64,000 nt of DNA from a phage. The stretch lies in sequence record PZ445450.1; one strand, 5' to 3'. The position numbers and the translations under genes are program-made. The notes beneath the pieces are model-generated. The model ran no database searches. It saw only the letters and a program-made list of their open reading frames with translations, and had not been told where the DNA came from. This document shows, piece by piece, positions 40,229 to 48,740 of the stretch (position 1 is the stretch's first letter; every line of letters starts with the position of its first letter).

Positions 40229-40474
40229 ATGACTGAAGTAGTTGCTCGCGCAGGACAGAAAGTACGTTGTGTTGAAGTAGGTTTTGGTGGCAAAGGGTGT
40301 CAAAACTTGACTCAAGGTAAGGAATACGCTGTTATTTCTGGTGGTGGCGACGAAAGTATTGTGTTCGAGGGCCACATCCTGGATGCTGAAAACTTTGAAA
40401 TCTTTGACGACGATGGGGATCCGATCACCTGCCTGCTGGACGGGAATTGGGGAACTTTCGAAGTGATTGGCTAA
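40229..40474 (+). CDS. Hypothetical small protein
   Basis: 81-aa ORF with AGGAGA RBS. Confidence 0.45.
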   Translation: MTEVVARAGQKVRCVEVGFGGKGCQNLTQGKEYAVISGGGDESIVFEGHILDAENFEIFDDDGDPITCLLDGNWGTFEVIG

Positions 40475-40557
40475 CAAATACCTATTGTAATTTACAGAAG
40501 GAGATGCTAAAATAGTGTCTCCTTCTATGTTGTTCAAATAAAATCGGAGATTCCATA

Positions 40558-40923
40558 ATGGAACAAATGAACGATCAAGCGTCGGTTGCGATGAACGAGC
40601 AAGAACAACCTCAAGAATTTTTCTTAGGGTTAAGTAAAGATCAAGTGTCTCTTTTGCTAGTGCTTTCTTCTTTCATGGGAAGACTTCAGGAGCTCACACA
40701 ACAACCGGAGGCTGAACAATTATTTCAGGCTCTGCGTGAAGAAGAAAAATATCGTCGTTTGGACTATGCCTTAGGTTGGGTAGCTCAACAACGAGATATG
40801 CTGATGGCCCTCTCTGGGACCACAAGTTTTGCAATGGGCCTGTTGGCTCAAGTTCAGGACAAATTAATTCAAGCAGGGTTTGCACACACGGCAAACACTA
40901 ACGAAGAACAAGGAGACAAATAA
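40558..40923 (+). CDS. Hypothetical protein
   Basis: 121-aa ORF; stop overlaps start of SSB-like gene; preceded by stem-loop GAAGGAGA..TCTCCTTC. Confidence 0.45.
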   Translation: MEQMNDQASVAMNEQEQPQEFFLGLSKDQVSLLLVLSSFMGRLQELTQQPEAEQLFQALREEEKYRRLDYALGWVAQQRDMLMALSGTTSFAMGLLAQVQDKLIQAGFAHTANTNEEQGDK

Positions 40924-42152
40924 TGAGCGTTATTCAACAATTCGCTAACCCGATGAATCCGCGTGAAACTGTTTTACTGGCTCACGGCATGATTAAACGC
41001 GTCAGCATCAAGCCTATCAAAGGTGCTGATCCTACAACAGGTATTAAAACCACTGTGTGGCAAGGTAAGAAAATTGAGTCCAGCCACACCATCTCTTTAC
41101 TGATTTCTGAACTGGATTCCTCTGATAACCTGCTTCAAGGTGGTGAAGAAGTCTGGATCAGCATGGGTGATAAACTGCTTAAACCGGGTCATCAAGACTC
41201 TGTCTCTGTTAAGATTGATGACAAGTGGGAAACCGTAACGCCAGGATGGATCGTAAATATCCCTTTGAAGGCAAACGAGCATAACGGTAAGACCTACTAC
41301 AAAGGCTCACTGGCTAAGATGGTTAAGCTGGGCGCAGGAGAGGCTCCAGCAGCGACTCAGCAGCAAAAACAGCAACAAGGTGCACAATCACAAGGCCAGA
41401 AGCAGAAACCTCAGCAGAATGCCAATCAGGACGTTTTACGCATCTATGGTGATGTGACTCAGATTGTTGGCAACGTGGTTACTGTAAATGACCACAAGAT
41501 TGGCGAAGGTGCTATGGTTGTAACTGATGAGCAGCTTAAAGACCTGGTGGTAGGCGGTCGTGTTGCAGCCATTGTGGACAAAGACACCGGAAACATTATC
41601 AGTGGTTTCAAAGCCTACCCACCTAAGGCAGAGAACGGCACTCAAGGCCCTGGTGGCAAGCGTAAATCCTCTTACGACCCTATTGGTGTGGAGACGGGGC
41701 ATAGCATCAATGCGTTGCAGATCATCCTGGATCGTGGGTTTAAGGTAGACGACCCACTAGGCGTGGCTAAAACACTGCACGTAGTCACCATCGAGCTTAA
41801 GAAAGAGTATGCTCAAGCCACCAACCGAACTGAAGATGAAGTAGGTGCCAGTGTCGGTAATGCGGTGTTGAACGCTTGTCGCCGTATTGACAAGAAAACG
41901 AAAGTTGATGATTTTGCAGCGGCAATTACTGCAGAAGCAAAAGATGTTTTGACTAATCTGGCTGAGCCGTTGTACGATTGGATCAAGAACGGTGCTGAGT
42001 CCACTGACCATCAAGAACCTCAAGCTGCCAAACAGGAAGAAGCCGCTCCACAGCAAAACACTGTAGACGCCCCTCCTGTAAATGATGAGGAAGATGACCC
42101 GATGGATCAGAATCCAGCACAGTACGCCTTTGATGATGACATCCCTTTTTAA
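40923..42152 (+). CDS. SSB-like protein with host-type acidic C-terminal tip
   Basis: Ends FDDDIPF, identical to the bacterial SSB C-terminal tip; Gln-rich low-complexity linker QQQKQQQGAQSQGQKQKPQQ; in replication module. Confidence 0.55.
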   Translation: MSVIQQFANPMNPRETVLLAHGMIKRVSIKPIKGADPTTGIKTTVWQGKKIESSHTISLLISELDSSDNLLQGGEEVWISMGDKLLKPGHQDSVSVKIDDKWETVTPGWIVNIPLKANEHNGKTYYKGSLAKMVKLGAGEAPAATQQQKQQQGAQSQGQKQKPQQNANQDVLRIYGDVTQIVGNVVTVNDHKIGEGAMVVTDEQLKDLVVGGRVAAIVDKDTGNIISGFKAYPPKAENGTQGPGGKRKSSYDPIGVETGHSINALQIILDRGFKVDDPLGVAKTLHVVTIELKKEYAQATNRTEDEVGASVGNAVLNACRRIDKKTKVDDFAAAITAEAKDVLTNLAEPLYDWIKNGAESTDHQEPQAAKQEEAAPQQNTVDAPPVNDEEDDPMDQNPAQYAFDDDIPF

Positions 42153-42167
42153 CATCTAGTCAACATG

Positions 42168-42197
42168 GCCCTGCCCGAAAGGGTGGGGCATTTTTGT
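42168..42197 (+). terminator. Rho-independent terminator (second identical copy)
   Basis: Same 23-mer GCCCTGCCC-GAAA-GGGTGGGGC followed by ATTTTTGT. Confidence 0.7.
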
Positions 42198-42214
42198 ATA
42201 AGGAGATCTGAAAA

Positions 42215-42631
42215 ATGACATTAGAAGATATCATTGTTAAGCCTGAGAACTATGACCAATACAACCTGTCAACTCAATCTGTAGACCTTGGATGCGCCAC
42301 GGTCAGTGCGTGGCTGGTTAACGGAAAAGAGTTGGATAAATGCTTGGAAGCCCACATGTCTGTTAACAAGTTCCTGGATGAAAACACTCACTGGCTTGAG
42401 GGTGCAGGCGTATATGCTTCATGGTTGGAGAGTATGGGATTCGACTACCAATCTGAAGAGGGGTGGTGGAGCTATTTAGCTATCTGCCCAGAGACGCTAC
42501 AATGCTTCATGAAATATTCTGAAGATTTGGAGTACCGTGCGGTGGTTGATAGTGCTATTGCCCGTTATAGCCGTAAACCTTTTTCCCACGACATTAAAAC
42601 TGTGGAAGAATTTGTTGAAGTTTTCTGTTGA
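42215..42631 (+). CDS. Hypothetical protein
   Basis: 138-aa ORF with AAGGAGA RBS. Confidence 0.45.
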   Translation: MTLEDIIVKPENYDQYNLSTQSVDLGCATVSAWLVNGKELDKCLEAHMSVNKFLDENTHWLEGAGVYASWLESMGFDYQSEEGWWSYLAICPETLQCFMKYSEDLEYRAVVDSAIARYSRKPFSHDIKTVEEFVEVFC

Positions 42632-42657
42632 CACGGATTGAAAGGTGTGCAATTATA
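42628..42657 (+). promoter_or_regulatory. Sigma70-like promoter
   Basis: TTGACA then AT-rich -10 (AATTATAAC) at 17-19 nt. Confidence 0.45.
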
Positions 42658-42727
42658 ACTTCATAGAACGGGAGGACGTGATGAACGAAGAAAACTGGGA
42701 TGTATAACTAACAGGAGGCCACTGCCC

Positions 42728-42925
42728 ATGATTTATCGAATCCGTGTAAGAGAAGATGCACCAGGCTGTTACTTTGACTGGCGTGGGTGGTGGTTTCTCC
42801 ACCCGATGGATGGACTCACAGATAGAATGCTGGATGCTGCCCTTTATACAGATACCGATATAGAATATAATCTCTATCTGAAGGACGGTATAGATAACGG
42901 TCTATTTGAAGCAATTCCTGTGTAA
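42728..42925 (+). CDS. Hypothetical small protein
   Basis: 65-aa ORF. Confidence 0.4.
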   Translation: MIYRIRVREDAPGCYFDWRGWWFLHPMDGLTDRMLDAALYTDTDIEYNLYLKDGIDNGLFEAIPV

Positions 42926-42993
42926 GAGACTGTGATAGCCATGTTTTATGATCTTCCTGTAGCACCACCACCTGTTGAACCCGGAGAACTAAG

Positions 42994-43419
42994 ATGATCT
43001 ATGAAATGCCAAAACTGATTCGTGACGATGCCCAAAACGCTCACACCATTATTATGGGCAAACGCATGGATATTATTTGTCATAAAGATTTCTGGGAAGG
43101 AAGTTACTTCACAGAGTATTTTGGTAAACTGGACAATGGTCTGCTGATCCAGTTCTACACCGATGCGGAAAACAACATTCACTGGGAGTTCGAAACTGAA
43201 GATATCCATAAACTTTTCACCTTCCTCGGTATTAAGGTTGAGGCCAAGTTTGAAGAAGGTGAGTGCGACGATTGTGGATTCTATGAGGTAACAGATTTCT
43301 ACCTTCCAAGTGGTAAAAATCTCTACTACGAAAGCCACTTCGGCAACTCAAATATGCCACAGGGTTGGGATGAGTTTTTGGAAATTGCAGAAGAGGAGCT
43401 GGAATACCGTGATTATTGA
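42994..43419 (+). CDS. Hypothetical protein, translationally coupled to the macro-like gene
   Basis: 141-aa ORF; stop overlaps downstream start. Confidence 0.45.
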   Translation: MIYEMPKLIRDDAQNAHTIIMGKRMDIICHKDFWEGSYFTEYFGKLDNGLLIQFYTDAENNIHWEFETEDIHKLFTFLGIKVEAKFEEGECDDCGFYEVTDFYLPSGKNLYYESHFGNSNMPQGWDEFLEIAEEELEYRDY

Positions 43420-43867
43420 TACTGTAAAGGGAGATCTAATCTCCATTTTCAAGAAAGGGTCAGGCCACATGATCCACGGTTGTAACTGCTTTCACACAAT
43501 GGGTGCAGGTATAGCGAAAGATATTGCCCGTGAGTTCCCTCAAGCACTGGCAGCCGACAAAGAGACTGCTTATGGTAATCTAGACAAGCTGGGTATGTTT
43601 TCTTGTTGGGAGCATTTTGCCAAGGCCAGGGTCGTATATGGAATCAACCTGTATACCCAGTTCTACCCAGGGCCCAATGCTGAATACTTCTCAATCATGA
43701 AAGGTTTTGAGCGAGTCAACGAGGTATTCAAAGGTATGTCATTGCCGTTCTACATTCCTAAAATCGGATGCGGTATTGGAGGTCTAAAGTGGGAACATGT
43801 AGAAGATGTAATTAATCTTGCAACCACAGATATTGATGTGGTTGTAGTAGAGTACAAAAAGTGTTGA
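43409..43867 (+). CDS. Macro-like domain protein (ADP-ribose binding/processing fold)
   Basis: IHGCNCFHTMGAGIAKDIAREFP and PKIGCGIGG fit the Macro_2/Poa1p-like signature; start proposed at GTG 43409 after GAGGAG (track start would overlap upstream gene by 110 nt). Confidence 0.5.
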   Translation: MIIDTVKGDLISIFKKGSGHMIHGCNCFHTMGAGIAKDIAREFPQALAADKETAYGNLDKLGMFSCWEHFAKARVVYGINLYTQFYPGPNAEYFSIMKGFERVNEVFKGMSLPFYIPKIGCGIGGLKWEHVEDVINLATTDIDVVVVEYKKC

Positions 43868-43892
43868 CGACCATCTTCTGAGGTGATATAGT
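43864..43892 (+). promoter_or_regulatory. Sigma70-like promoter
   Basis: TTGACG-N17-TATAGT. Confidence 0.55.
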
Positions 43893-43921
43893 TTCCACAA
43901 CAACTAAGAGAGGAGAGCACT

Positions 43922-44092
43922 GTGGAGACTAAAATCTTAATTCTTGCTGTGGTAGATACAACCGAAGGAGCTATATTCGAATCTGCAGGAGGGTATTTCT
44001 ACCTACCATACGGAAAAAGAACTTCCGAGCCAAGTAAAGATTCAATCCTCAAAGTGTTCCCGTGTGCTTTCTGGCTGGAGATTTTGGTATAA
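43922..44092 (+). CDS. Small hypothetical protein (56 aa, not in ORF track)
   Basis: GTG start after GAGGAGA, hand-translated, downstream of promoter. Confidence 0.3.
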   Translation: METKILILAVVDTTEGAIFESAGGYFYLPYGKRTSEPSKDSILKVFPCAFWLEILV

Positions 44093-44118
44093 GATTGCAG
44101 ATGATTTGGGAGAGAATT

Positions 44119-44313
44119 ATGAGAAACAAGAAAGAACTTTACTCTGGTGAGTGGATCAACGATCAACAGGTGGGAGAGGTAACCTGCTTCCGATGTTTTA
44201 CCAGGTACAATCTTAAAACTGCACCAAAAAGTGTTCCAAAGACTGATGGTTATTATATAAAAGAACCCCATTGCCCAAAATGTAAATGCCGATTGTACTG
44301 GAGCAATCTGTAA
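44119..44313 (+). CDS. Small zinc-ribbon-like protein
   Basis: CFRCF and CPKCKC pairs; ATG 44119 after GGAG. Confidence 0.4.
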   Translation: MRNKKELYSGEWINDQQVGEVTCFRCFTRYNLKTAPKSVPKTDGYYIKEPHCPKCKCRLYWSNL

Positions 44314-44317
44314 GAGG

Positions 44318-44345
44318 TTGACATCTGAAAACTGCAGTGTATAAT
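44318..44345 (+). promoter_or_regulatory. Sigma70-like promoter
   Basis: TTGACA-N16-TATAAT. Confidence 0.65.
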
Positions 44346-44376
44346 ATACGCATAAACTAACAGAGAGCGATGTATT

Positions 44377-44568
44377 ATGGTAATTTTTAACCGAGATGGT
44401 ATCATAGTTAGACAGCACCCGTTCCTTGAATACTATCAAATTGAGCAATGGTGCTACGGGGATTGCAGTCACTCCTATGGGCAAAGTTGGGGATACCGTA
44501 CAGTTTTTGAATCCACAGACCTTGACAAAGTAAGACAGAAAGTTTTAGAACTTATTAACAACAAGTGA
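44377..44568 (+). CDS. Hypothetical small protein
   Basis: 63-aa ORF downstream of promoter. Confidence 0.4.
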   Translation: MVIFNRDGIIVRQHPFLEYYQIEQWCYGDCSHSYGQSWGYRTVFESTDLDKVRQKVLELINNK

Positions 44569-44575
44569 GTATGAT

Positions 44576-44908
44576 ATGGTAACATTGGAAAGACGTAAAG
44601 CTATCGCCGCCACACTGGCAGACATCTTTTGGGATTGCAACTTAAAAGATACCAGAAATTGTGGCGCATCTGTAGATGTATTATTCTCACGGCCCACCAT
44701 TGTTGCAATGGGAAACCTGTTAAACGTAGTGTACGGAGCATGGGATAAAGAGGGTGGATTTTACATCTGGCAACCTGACTACGGGACCTGGAAAGAGGTA
44801 AGGGGTGCGGATGACTTTGGGCCTGCAGCTGCTAAGATGGATGGCTGGCAAATTTATGTTGGAAACGACATGAAGCTGAAAGGCGAGATTGTTTACTGGT
44901 TACCTTAA
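44576..44908 (+). CDS. Hypothetical protein
   Basis: 110-aa ORF. Confidence 0.4.
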   Translation: MVTLERRKAIAATLADIFWDCNLKDTRNCGASVDVLFSRPTIVAMGNLLNVVYGAWDKEGGFYIWQPDYGTWKEVRGADDFGPAAAKMDGWQIYVGNDMKLKGEIVYWLP

Positions 44909-44928
44909 GAGAATGCAGGAGATAAAGT

Positions 44929-45174
44929 ATGAACAAAGGGTGGACATTTGTAGACGGCGTTAAAAACATGCCTCTAGGGAAGTATATTGTAGCCATGGCA
45001 GATGAGAATGGCAAGGTGGATTTCGGAGTTTGCGAGGTTGTTCTTGCAGGATCTGGTGACTATGCTCACAAAACTGGGATAATTAACGGTCATTTCTACT
45101 TTGATTACAACCCTGTTGTGGCGTATATGGCTATGCCAGAGTTAGAGCTCCCAAAGGAGGGTGCAGATGTTTAA
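44929..45174 (+). CDS. Hypothetical protein
   Basis: 81-aa ORF with GGAG RBS. Confidence 0.4.
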   Translation: MNKGWTFVDGVKNMPLGKYIVAMADENGKVDFGVCEVVLAGSGDYAHKTGIINGHFYFDYNPVVAYMAMPELELPKEGADV

Positions 45175-45364
45175 GCTTAAATCTGCATGGAACATCGCTG
45201 TGGGGGACGAGATCCGCATCCCAGGTGGAAAGACCATTATGAAGATATCACGTATCGAGTATGAAGGTGATCGTGTATTTCATATCTTTGCAGAAGATGG
45301 TCGAGAAATTTATATACAGGCAGGCTCTCACATCTATATCCGTAAGAAAGGGGACGACAAATGA
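45161..45364 (+). CDS. Hypothetical protein
   Basis: 67-aa ORF overlapping neighbours. Confidence 0.4.
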   Translation: MQMFKLKSAWNIAVGDEIRIPGGKTIMKISRIEYEGDRVFHIFAEDGREIYIQAGSHIYIRKKGDDK

Positions 45365-45693
45365 CAGAGATCATCGTTTCAACTGCAGGGTATGTATTCC
45401 TGACAATCATTGCGTTGGCTATTCTGGTGGCGGTGTATGGATTTGTTATCCTGCCTATTCTTGAGACATTTAGTTTGTGTCGGTGTTGGAGAAAAGCTTA
45501 CGGACCACAACCGTGGAAAGACTGGTTCCATTTGGTGCGTATAGCGTTCTCTTATGCCTATGACCACTCTAGCAGTGCATGCGTAACCGGGTACCATGCC
45601 TACAACTGGAACTGGGAAGGGCTGGGGAGATGGACTGTTACAAAAACTATACCCTTACGGTTGTATAAAGGAAAGAACAAACTGGGCACCTGA
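45361..45693 (+). CDS. Small membrane protein
   Basis: Hydrophobic N-terminal helices GYVFLTIIALAILVAVYGFVILPIL. Confidence 0.45.
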   Translation: MTEIIVSTAGYVFLTIIALAILVAVYGFVILPILETFSLCRCWRKAYGPQPWKDWFHLVRIAFSYAYDHSSSACVTGYHAYNWNWEGLGRWTVTKTIPLRLYKGKNKLGT

Positions 45694-46005
45694 TATTTTT
45701 AAGTTATCAGGTTGCTAGAGATCAGGAGGATTTCTAAAATGGATTTCCTCCTTTTGATATTTCACCGGACCAGATATTTTAAAATTCTTAGAAAATCAGA
45801 AAATGGATCGAAAACTAAAATGGATTTTTCAGAGTAGGCGCGACAAGCTGAATCGCTCATCCTATCGTTTGCACCATATTCTAGACCACCATTACAGATT
45901 TCCCGCACATGCTCACATCCTTCTACTAGAACTTCCTCCACTTACCCTTGACTTTTTATGGTAATAGTCTAACCACTATCTTGAGGTTGCGGTACAGCTT
46001 TCCGG

Positions 46006-46170
46006 GTACTCGATCTGTTTTTCGTTTCAAAGATTGAATTTTCTGAAAATTTTTCTCGATAAATTTCTCAGTACTCGATCTGTTTTTCGTTTTCTGAATC
46101 GGATTTTCTGGAAATCGTTCCGGAGCTCGACCTGAAATTTTTGGGGACGAAATCGATTTTTCGTTTTCAG
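46006..46170. repeat. Imperfect direct repeats with about 65-bp period
   Basis: GTACTCGATCTGTTTTTCGTTT at 46006 and 46071, related CGATTTTTCGTTTTC at 46154; AAATGGATTTTT motif recurs in the region. Confidence 0.6.
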
Positions 46171-46242
46171 AAATGGATTTTTAAAATTTCTATATGGGAA
46201 TATTTTATAGGATACTGTTTTATAGGAAATTGTTACGGAGGG

Positions 46243-46260
46243 TAATTAGCATGCTAATTA
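46243..46260. repeat. Perfect 18-bp palindrome
   Basis: TAATTAGCATGCTAATTA; operator-like. Confidence 0.6.
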
Positions 46261-46330
46261 AATTTATTAAATGCGAGGAGTTCTCATTTAGAATTTTGAA
46301 TGATAATCATTCTCGTTTGCAGAATAACGG

Positions 46331-46370
46331 GCAGGCCCGGTGATTGTCTCCCGGCCCCTGTTGCCCCGGC
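46331..46370 (+). repeat. GC-rich element, copy 1
   Basis: Core CCGGTGATTGTCTCCC within GGGCAGGCCCGG..CCGGCCCCTG. Confidence 0.55.
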
Positions 46371-46464
46371 TTGTTATTATAGTATCACACAGGACAAAGA
46401 AAGCAAGGACTTTTTGCATAAATTTTTAAATGATAATGATAACCGTTCTCATTTTATGCAGCGC

Positions 46465-46505
46465 CCATCCCCGGTGGTTGTCTCCCCCGTCACCGGTGCC
46501 TGCCG
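46465..46505 (+). repeat. GC-rich element, copy 2
   Basis: Core CCGGTGGTTGTCTCCC followed by CACCGGTGCCTGCC; reverse complement matches copy at 55694. Confidence 0.55.
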
Positions 46506-46675
46506 TCCTTTCGATAGGTATATTGTGCCACCTGGCGGGGCCGCTGTCAACACTTTTCAAAAAATTTTTCTAACCTGATGCGCTAACCGTTGCAACCTGG
46601 CGGGGCCAGCCTGGCAGGGGGGTGAAAGCTTGCAAACCTGGTAGTAGGGTAAACAATTGAAGAGGAGGTACAAAA

Positions 46676-46849
46676 ATGAAAGGTAATGCTACTCACCTGG
46701 AGAATGTAGCGATTAATGACGCTGAGGCTATCGCCCTGGTTGAAAAGGCTATGGCGGGAGCGTTGGAACATAAAGAAGAGTACGAAAAAATGGTGGTTAA
46801 CCTAGCGGGGGCGGCAGGTGGATTCTATCATAAAAATAATTTAAAATAG
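46676..46849 (+). CDS. Small early protein (57 aa, not in ORF track)
   Basis: ATG after GAGGAGG; hand-translated to TAG 46847-46849. Confidence 0.4.
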   Translation: MKGNATHLENVAINDAEAIALVEKAMAGALEHKEEYEKMVVNLAGAAGGFYHKNNLK

Positions 46850-46852
46850 TCG

Positions 46853-46880
46853 TTGACAACAAGGTTAATCATGGTATTAT
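46853..46880 (+). promoter_or_regulatory. Sigma70-like early promoter
   Basis: TTGACA-N16-TATTAT; the track ORF start at 46853 lies on this promoter. Confidence 0.6.
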
Positions 46881-46930
46881 TACCCTACAAGGTGAACAAC
46901 ACCGCACTAACCAGTAAAGAGGATAAATTT

Positions 46931-47128
46931 ATGAACGCATACGGGATCAAAGTACGTTGCAACACTCGCCAGGTGGTCACCAATCAAGTGATTTGCCGGG
47001 TGGATGTAACCATCAACAACGGGCAAGGCCTTTATAAATTTCGTCGCGGTCATAGCTATACCCTGCAACAGCTTAATCGTTGCGCCCTGACAAAAGGTCA
47101 GATCAACCACTGGTTTAATAAAAAATAA
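46931..47128 (+). CDS. Small early protein
   Basis: ATG 46931 after AAAGAGGA. Confidence 0.45.
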   Translation: MNAYGIKVRCNTRQVVTNQVICRVDVTINNGQGLYKFRRGHSYTLQQLNRCALTKGQINHWFNKK

Positions 47129-47131
47129 ATA

Positions 47132-47160
47132 TTGACATGTAGTCTGAAACAAAATATACT
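47132..47160 (+). promoter_or_regulatory. Sigma70-like early promoter
   Basis: TTGACA-N17-TATACT. Confidence 0.6.
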
Positions 47161-47192
47161 GAAAGCACAAAAGACACTAAGAGGATAAAATC

Positions 47193-47591
47193 ATGAAAAC
47201 CACAACCTTTAATTTTGACAATGCTGACTTCTCTTTTTCTGATGTTAAAAGCTGCCGCCGTGATCGCGGATTCTACAAGGCCTATAATCTGGTTGGCCTG
47301 GACGATGATAATAATTTGCACGAAGTAGCGGAGATCCGGTACTATGCCGCCGCCAGCGGTAACACTCACTACTGTGTATTTTGGATTCACGACAACAAGA
47401 ACAATAAGTACGGTTATACTGGCGGCAAGGCGAGCGGTCACGGTTATGATAAAGCCAACGCTGCACTTGAAAGCGCATTAAGTGCCATGGGAATCACTGC
47501 CGACGGCTGGATCTATGAAGAAGAGTTTTTGGCGGCACTTGCTAACCACCTGGGCTATAAAAAGCACATTGTAACATGTGCCCACGAATAA
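47193..47591 (+). CDS. Early protein, unknown function
   Basis: 132-aa ORF with AAGAGGA RBS. Confidence 0.5.
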   Translation: MKTTTFNFDNADFSFSDVKSCRRDRGFYKAYNLVGLDDDNNLHEVAEIRYYAAASGNTHYCVFWIHDNKNNKYGYTGGKASGHGYDKANAALESALSAMGITADGWIYEEEFLAALANHLGYKKHIVTCAHE

Positions 47592-47599
47592 AAAAATTA

Positions 47600-47627
47600 T
47601 TGACACGCTGCAAAATTCAAGTAAACT
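47600..47627 (+). promoter_or_regulatory. Sigma70-like early promoter
   Basis: TTGACA-N16-TAAACT, then 5' hairpin GGCGGGAATGTTTCCCGCC. Confidence 0.5.
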
Positions 47628-47675
47628 ATACACAAAAGGCGGGAATGTTTCCCGCCAACACAAAGGAAAAAGATC

Positions 47676-48071
47676 ATGAATAAGAACGTACGCCGCATCA
47701 TGAACGAACTGGCAAACGATGAAAAAATTATTGACATGCATTTAGTCAACATTTGCCGCCGTTGTGTAACATATAACAACCGCGCCGCAAAAGCGCGTGA
47801 GATGAACGCAAAAGGCACCTTAAAGCCTTTTCAGGTGGTTGTAAAATCTATAACTAATGCAGCAGGCCAGGCGCATGACCACAACAACGAGAGCACTAAT
47901 ATTGATCCGTCTTACGTAATGAAACGGATCCGGACTTGCAAGAATAAAGAGCAGGTGTATAACGTCATAGATTGGCTGGACTCCCTGGGCGATGTGGTTT
48001 ACAATAGGTTTTCTGCAGCCATCGAGATCCAGCTTGACAGATTGGACGGGAAAGTACTAAAAACTTATTGA
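47676..48071 (+). CDS. Early protein, unknown function
   Basis: 131-aa ORF; leader ..CCAACACAAAGGAAAAAGATC ATG. Confidence 0.5.
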   Translation: MNKNVRRIMNELANDEKIIDMHLVNICRRCVTYNNRAAKAREMNAKGTLKPFQVVVKSITNAAGQAHDHNNESTNIDPSYVMKRIRTCKNKEQVYNVIDWLDSLGDVVYNRFSAAIEIQLDRLDGKVLKTY

Positions 48072-48082
48072 GTTTATTTTTA

Positions 48083-48119
48083 GATGGCCTTGACTCCAGG
48101 GCCATCAATAAAGTAAACT
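48083..48119 (+). repeat. Conserved hairpin-promoter repeat, copy 1
   Basis: GATGGCC-TTGACTCCAG-GGCCATC hairpin holding TTGACT, then AATAAAGTAAACT; near-identical at 48704 and 52448. Confidence 0.6.
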
Positions 48120-48151
48120 AACCACAATTAAGCGGAAAAGGAGGCTTAAAG

Positions 48152-48271
48152 ATGAGCACTACACGCCAGCACACAAAGGTAACTATTATCGTTTGCATCA
48201 TTGGTTACATCCTGGCGCAAATGTTGATGGGTAGCGCCAACGGTGTAGCAAAATTTTTCTTAAACTTTTAA
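48152..48271 (+). CDS. Small hydrophobic peptide (39 aa)
   Basis: RBS AAAAGGAGG; VTIIVCIIGYILAQMLMG. Confidence 0.35.
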   Translation: MSTTRQHTKVTIIVCIIGYILAQMLMGSANGVAKFFLNF

Positions 48272-48299
48272 TTGACAAGCTAACTTAGATCAGTATACT
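48272..48299 (+). promoter_or_regulatory. Sigma70-like early promoter
   Basis: TTGACA-N16-TATACT. Confidence 0.6.
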
Positions 48300-48350
48300 A
48301 AGCACATAGACGGGAAAACTTCCCCAGACACACGAAAGGAGAAAAACACC

Positions 48351-48692
48351 ATGACTACTATGACCGCCGAAGAAAAAGCCCTGCAGATCGCCGCTCTGAA
48401 AAAACAGATCGCAGACCTTGAGAATAAGATCGATAACTTTGAAATCGACGAGGACAAGTACGACGAAAACTATGATGAATGGCTAGACGAGGTTTATGGC
48501 GAAATTATGATCGGAAACATTTCTTTTCTTCCGTCGCGTATCCTCAAGGAGTTAGATCCTATCGCTTACCGCTGCGGATTTAGCGACTACATCGACAGCC
48601 TGGATATTGAGGACGATGAAGAATACCGGGAATTACAGACAGAGTTGGAAGAAGCAAAAGAAGAGCTTGCGGAGCTGGAAGAAAACGAGTAA
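48351..48692 (+). CDS. Highly acidic early protein (113 aa)
   Basis: About one third Asp/Glu with coiled-coil segments; strong promoter and AAAGGAGA RBS. Confidence 0.5.
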   Translation: MTTMTAEEKALQIAALKKQIADLENKIDNFEIDEDKYDENYDEWLDEVYGEIMIGNISFLPSRILKELDPIAYRCGFSDYIDSLDIEDDEEYRELQTELEEAKEELAELEENE

Positions 48693-48703
48693 GATTATTT
48701 TTA

Positions 48704-48740
48704 GATGGCCTTGACTCCAGGGCCATCAATAAAGTAAACT
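48704..48740 (+). repeat. Conserved hairpin-promoter repeat, copy 2
   Basis: Same GATGGCCTTGACTCCAGGGCCATC..AAAGTAAACT element. Confidence 0.6.

Noticed and set aside
46853-47128. Track ORF start at 46853 for the 91-aa protein
   Set aside because: That ATG lies within the -35/-10 of a near-consensus promoter; the in-frame ATG at 46931 with an AAAGAGGA RBS is the likely start
48083-48119. The GATGGCC..GGCCATC hairpin repeats as classical rho-independent terminators
   Set aside because: The T-run precedes the stem on the plus strand and neither strand has a U-tract after the hairpin; annotated as hairpin-promoter repeats instead
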